Part shown: piece by piece, positions 61,801-62,484 of the stretch
Layout of the letters: each line of letters begins with the position of its first letter
Numbering within the stretch: the first letter of the stretch is position 1
Source of the DNA: a bacterium
Lineage (GTDB): Bacteria; Patescibacteriota; Minisyncoccia; Phycocordibacterales; UBA2100
NCBI GenBank assembly: GCA_030647655.1
Contig: JAUSJH010000018.1
Span: forward strand, 1 to 62,484
Length of the DNA stretch: 62,484 nucleotides
Direction of reading: 5' to 3'
Notes under the pieces: model-generated
Seen by the model: only the letters and a program-made list of their open reading frames with translations
What the model was told of the DNA's origin: nothing
Databases searched by the model: none
Program-made: the position numbers and the translations under genes

Positions 61801-62484
61801 CCTCCTGCGTCGGCAAGCGGAATGGCGGAGGTAATCCCTTGAAGGATGGTGGTTCCTGTGATTGTCATGTTTGTCGTCGTGGCGTCCGTTGCAGAAAAGC
61901 GTGAGCTGTTCAAGAGTCCTGTGGTAGTGGCGTTGACCGACTTCAATGAAGTCGTTTCAAGAAAGCCTGTTGTCGTCGCGTTGGTAGCGTACAGAGAGGT
62001 GGCGAAGAAGCTCGTCGTGGTTGCGTCGGTGCCGTATATGCGGGTGAACTTGGCGTCGGTTCCTTCGAGTTTGAAGATAGTCGAGCTCGCGGTGGTGGAG
62101 GTGGCGTTGAAGTACGGAGCGGCAATCTTTGTCCACACTTCGAGTCCTGCGGCAAAGGTGGAGGTGGCGGTGGATTCAACGGCGATTGGGACGGTCGAGG
62201 TGGGACGTATCGCCTGCACACCGAAGAGGTTGGAAAACTGACTCCATGATTCTCCGAATCCTCCGATACAGGTGCCATTGAGTGACCAGCATCCTGCCGT
62301 CAGATTCACTCCGTTCCCGAAACTGGAGGTCGCGGTACTCGATACATACAGGGCTTTGGAAAGTGTGGTGGAGGCGTTGGTGAGGGTCAAGATGGTGGAA
62401 GTAGAATTCAGGGCATCAGAGGTGGTGCCGATGGAGAAGACTCCCGAGGCGGAGGTGAGGTTCCAGTGCTTCAGGTTCACGCCT
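58827..62484 (-). CDS. giant Thr-rich tail-fibre-like surface protein with peptidase S74 (intramolecular chaperone) domain; partial, 5' end beyond window
   Basis: ATST/NATTT repeats, GNVGIGTTSP repeats, PSDVRLKSDI...GLIAQEL...IQYQAL..PTIKAIQEL, Pro-Ala-Glu-Thr tail; frame open at right edge. Confidence 0.88.
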   Translation of the reverse strand, partial: GVNLKHWNLTSASGVFSIGTTSDALNSTSTILTLTNASTTLSKALYVSSTATSSFGNGVNLTAGCWSLNGTCIGGFGESWSQFSNLFGVQAIRPTSTVPIAVESTATSTFAAGLEVWTKIAAPYFNATSTTASSTIFKLEGTDAKFTRIYGTDATTTSFFATSLYATNATTTGFLETTSLKSVNATTTGLLNSSRFSATDATTTNMTITGTTILQGITSAIPLADAGGTLSEYAGASCTNQFVRSLNGAGAATCATVDLTLDVTGDLPFANLAQVAAASILGNQTGSTGDARSIATSTFFGVGTPGYVLTFIDGASSWVATTTLANITGTLAVAKGGTGVDTFTSSQLIYGNGTGNLSSVATGTVSGTNGITVTAGRSAVGGALAVDCTVGSGSAAGCLSSTDWTTFNNKNGYSWPFPSDATSTRLSFTGGIIVNSGTSTITNLRMVNASSTDATTTNMTITGNAIFSSAGLASVLPWIDAGGSLRATTTPTALTFYSTGLVANRFPYASSTALTVSGVASTSDFFADGLIDCSSNNVLTWTAGNFGCEVDDGGGAGPNSKWASSTNDVFGIFLNGANRIGVGTTSPYWPAQFATTSADSTFRGQLTLTDTLAGVNAKHWTFRSVLGSLQIGTSTDVYATSTYLTIANGGNVGIGSTTPGSKFVVSTGAETDLQIIGTSNGYNSLIFNGELGAVGMRILGGKKSDPDFYFDNGTTTGDIVFRTGSGPAEAMRIDSSGNVGIGTTSPSKLFSVGGNVVIGASTAGGTNGTLQYGGVTLSNAVTGTGNMVLSASPTFTGTIIATAANFSNTISDGSTDWSISNTGVATFGGGALTINSVGSITGMLNLTATGPVAFSGLSADNNGNRGVCIVDSNGSLRGATTGGCVIPSDVRLKSDITNTSSSLANLMNIHVVDFNFEGEEGRKTGLIAQELYDVFPQFVHVGGADPHVDPWGIQYQALVSPTIKAIQELNLEVQPLLATTSAGELVSATTTPREQFASSTPWYASFTDASDGLKSAISGLGDIVIRAFKEALYAATGIFEKVFAKEVHTDKLCVSGEGGETCITKVQLDSLLAAGAGSNSGNVGSGSGGSGGAQSAPPQAGDTGGAGGAGGSTPPPTDATSTPPAPAPAPEPSPAPAPTPEPAPAPTPAPEPSPAPEPSPEPVPAPVPTPAPEPTPAPEPAPQPELAPAPAPTPPPSETPPADGGSGTDTGSAISTTP

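Noticed and set aside
56926-62484. Prophage
   Set aside because: Phage-like domains are present but no integrase, terminase, portal, capsid or lysis genes; proteins carry cellular export signals or low-complexity tethers

Overview
A GC-rich chromosomal window that looks like Patescibacteria (CPR), most likely Parcubacteria. That assignment is inferred from the minimal ThrS/PheS/PheT/EF-Ts, a short hinge-less SMC, split transketolase, and giant Thr-rich surface proteins. The core genes are mostly on the minus strand: rpoBC, trmD, khpA, rpsP, smc, rnc, nusB-Nudix, rpmF, rnhB, dnaE, thrS, gyrB, pheST, tRNA-Thr, tsf, rpsB, prfA, rpmE, rplY and a gap-rpiB-rpe-tkt sugar-phosphate cluster. Interleaved with them are four notable things. 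(i) A sortase locus with a candidate IPYTG-anchored substrate, a secreted His-ladder hexapeptide-repeat protein and a CARDB protein. (ii) A family of modular surface proteins built from shuffled domains on a duplicated promoter+signal-anchor cassette, one of them inserted with a 9-bp direct repeat into the transketolase operon. (iii) Several families of short inverted-repeat/palindromic elements. Some carry outward -10 boxes in front of essential genes, some bracket a GIY-YIG gene, and some are translated in frame inside GyrB, L31, the sortase and a dnaE leader ORF. (iv) Self-contained SD-led orphan gene cassettes in a genome whose housekeeping genes look near-leaderless. Two type II TA modules are present (RelE/ParE-like and HicBA). 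No CRISPR array, rRNA, integrase or reverse transcriptase was seen. All family calls come from motif recognition by eye; no database search was run.
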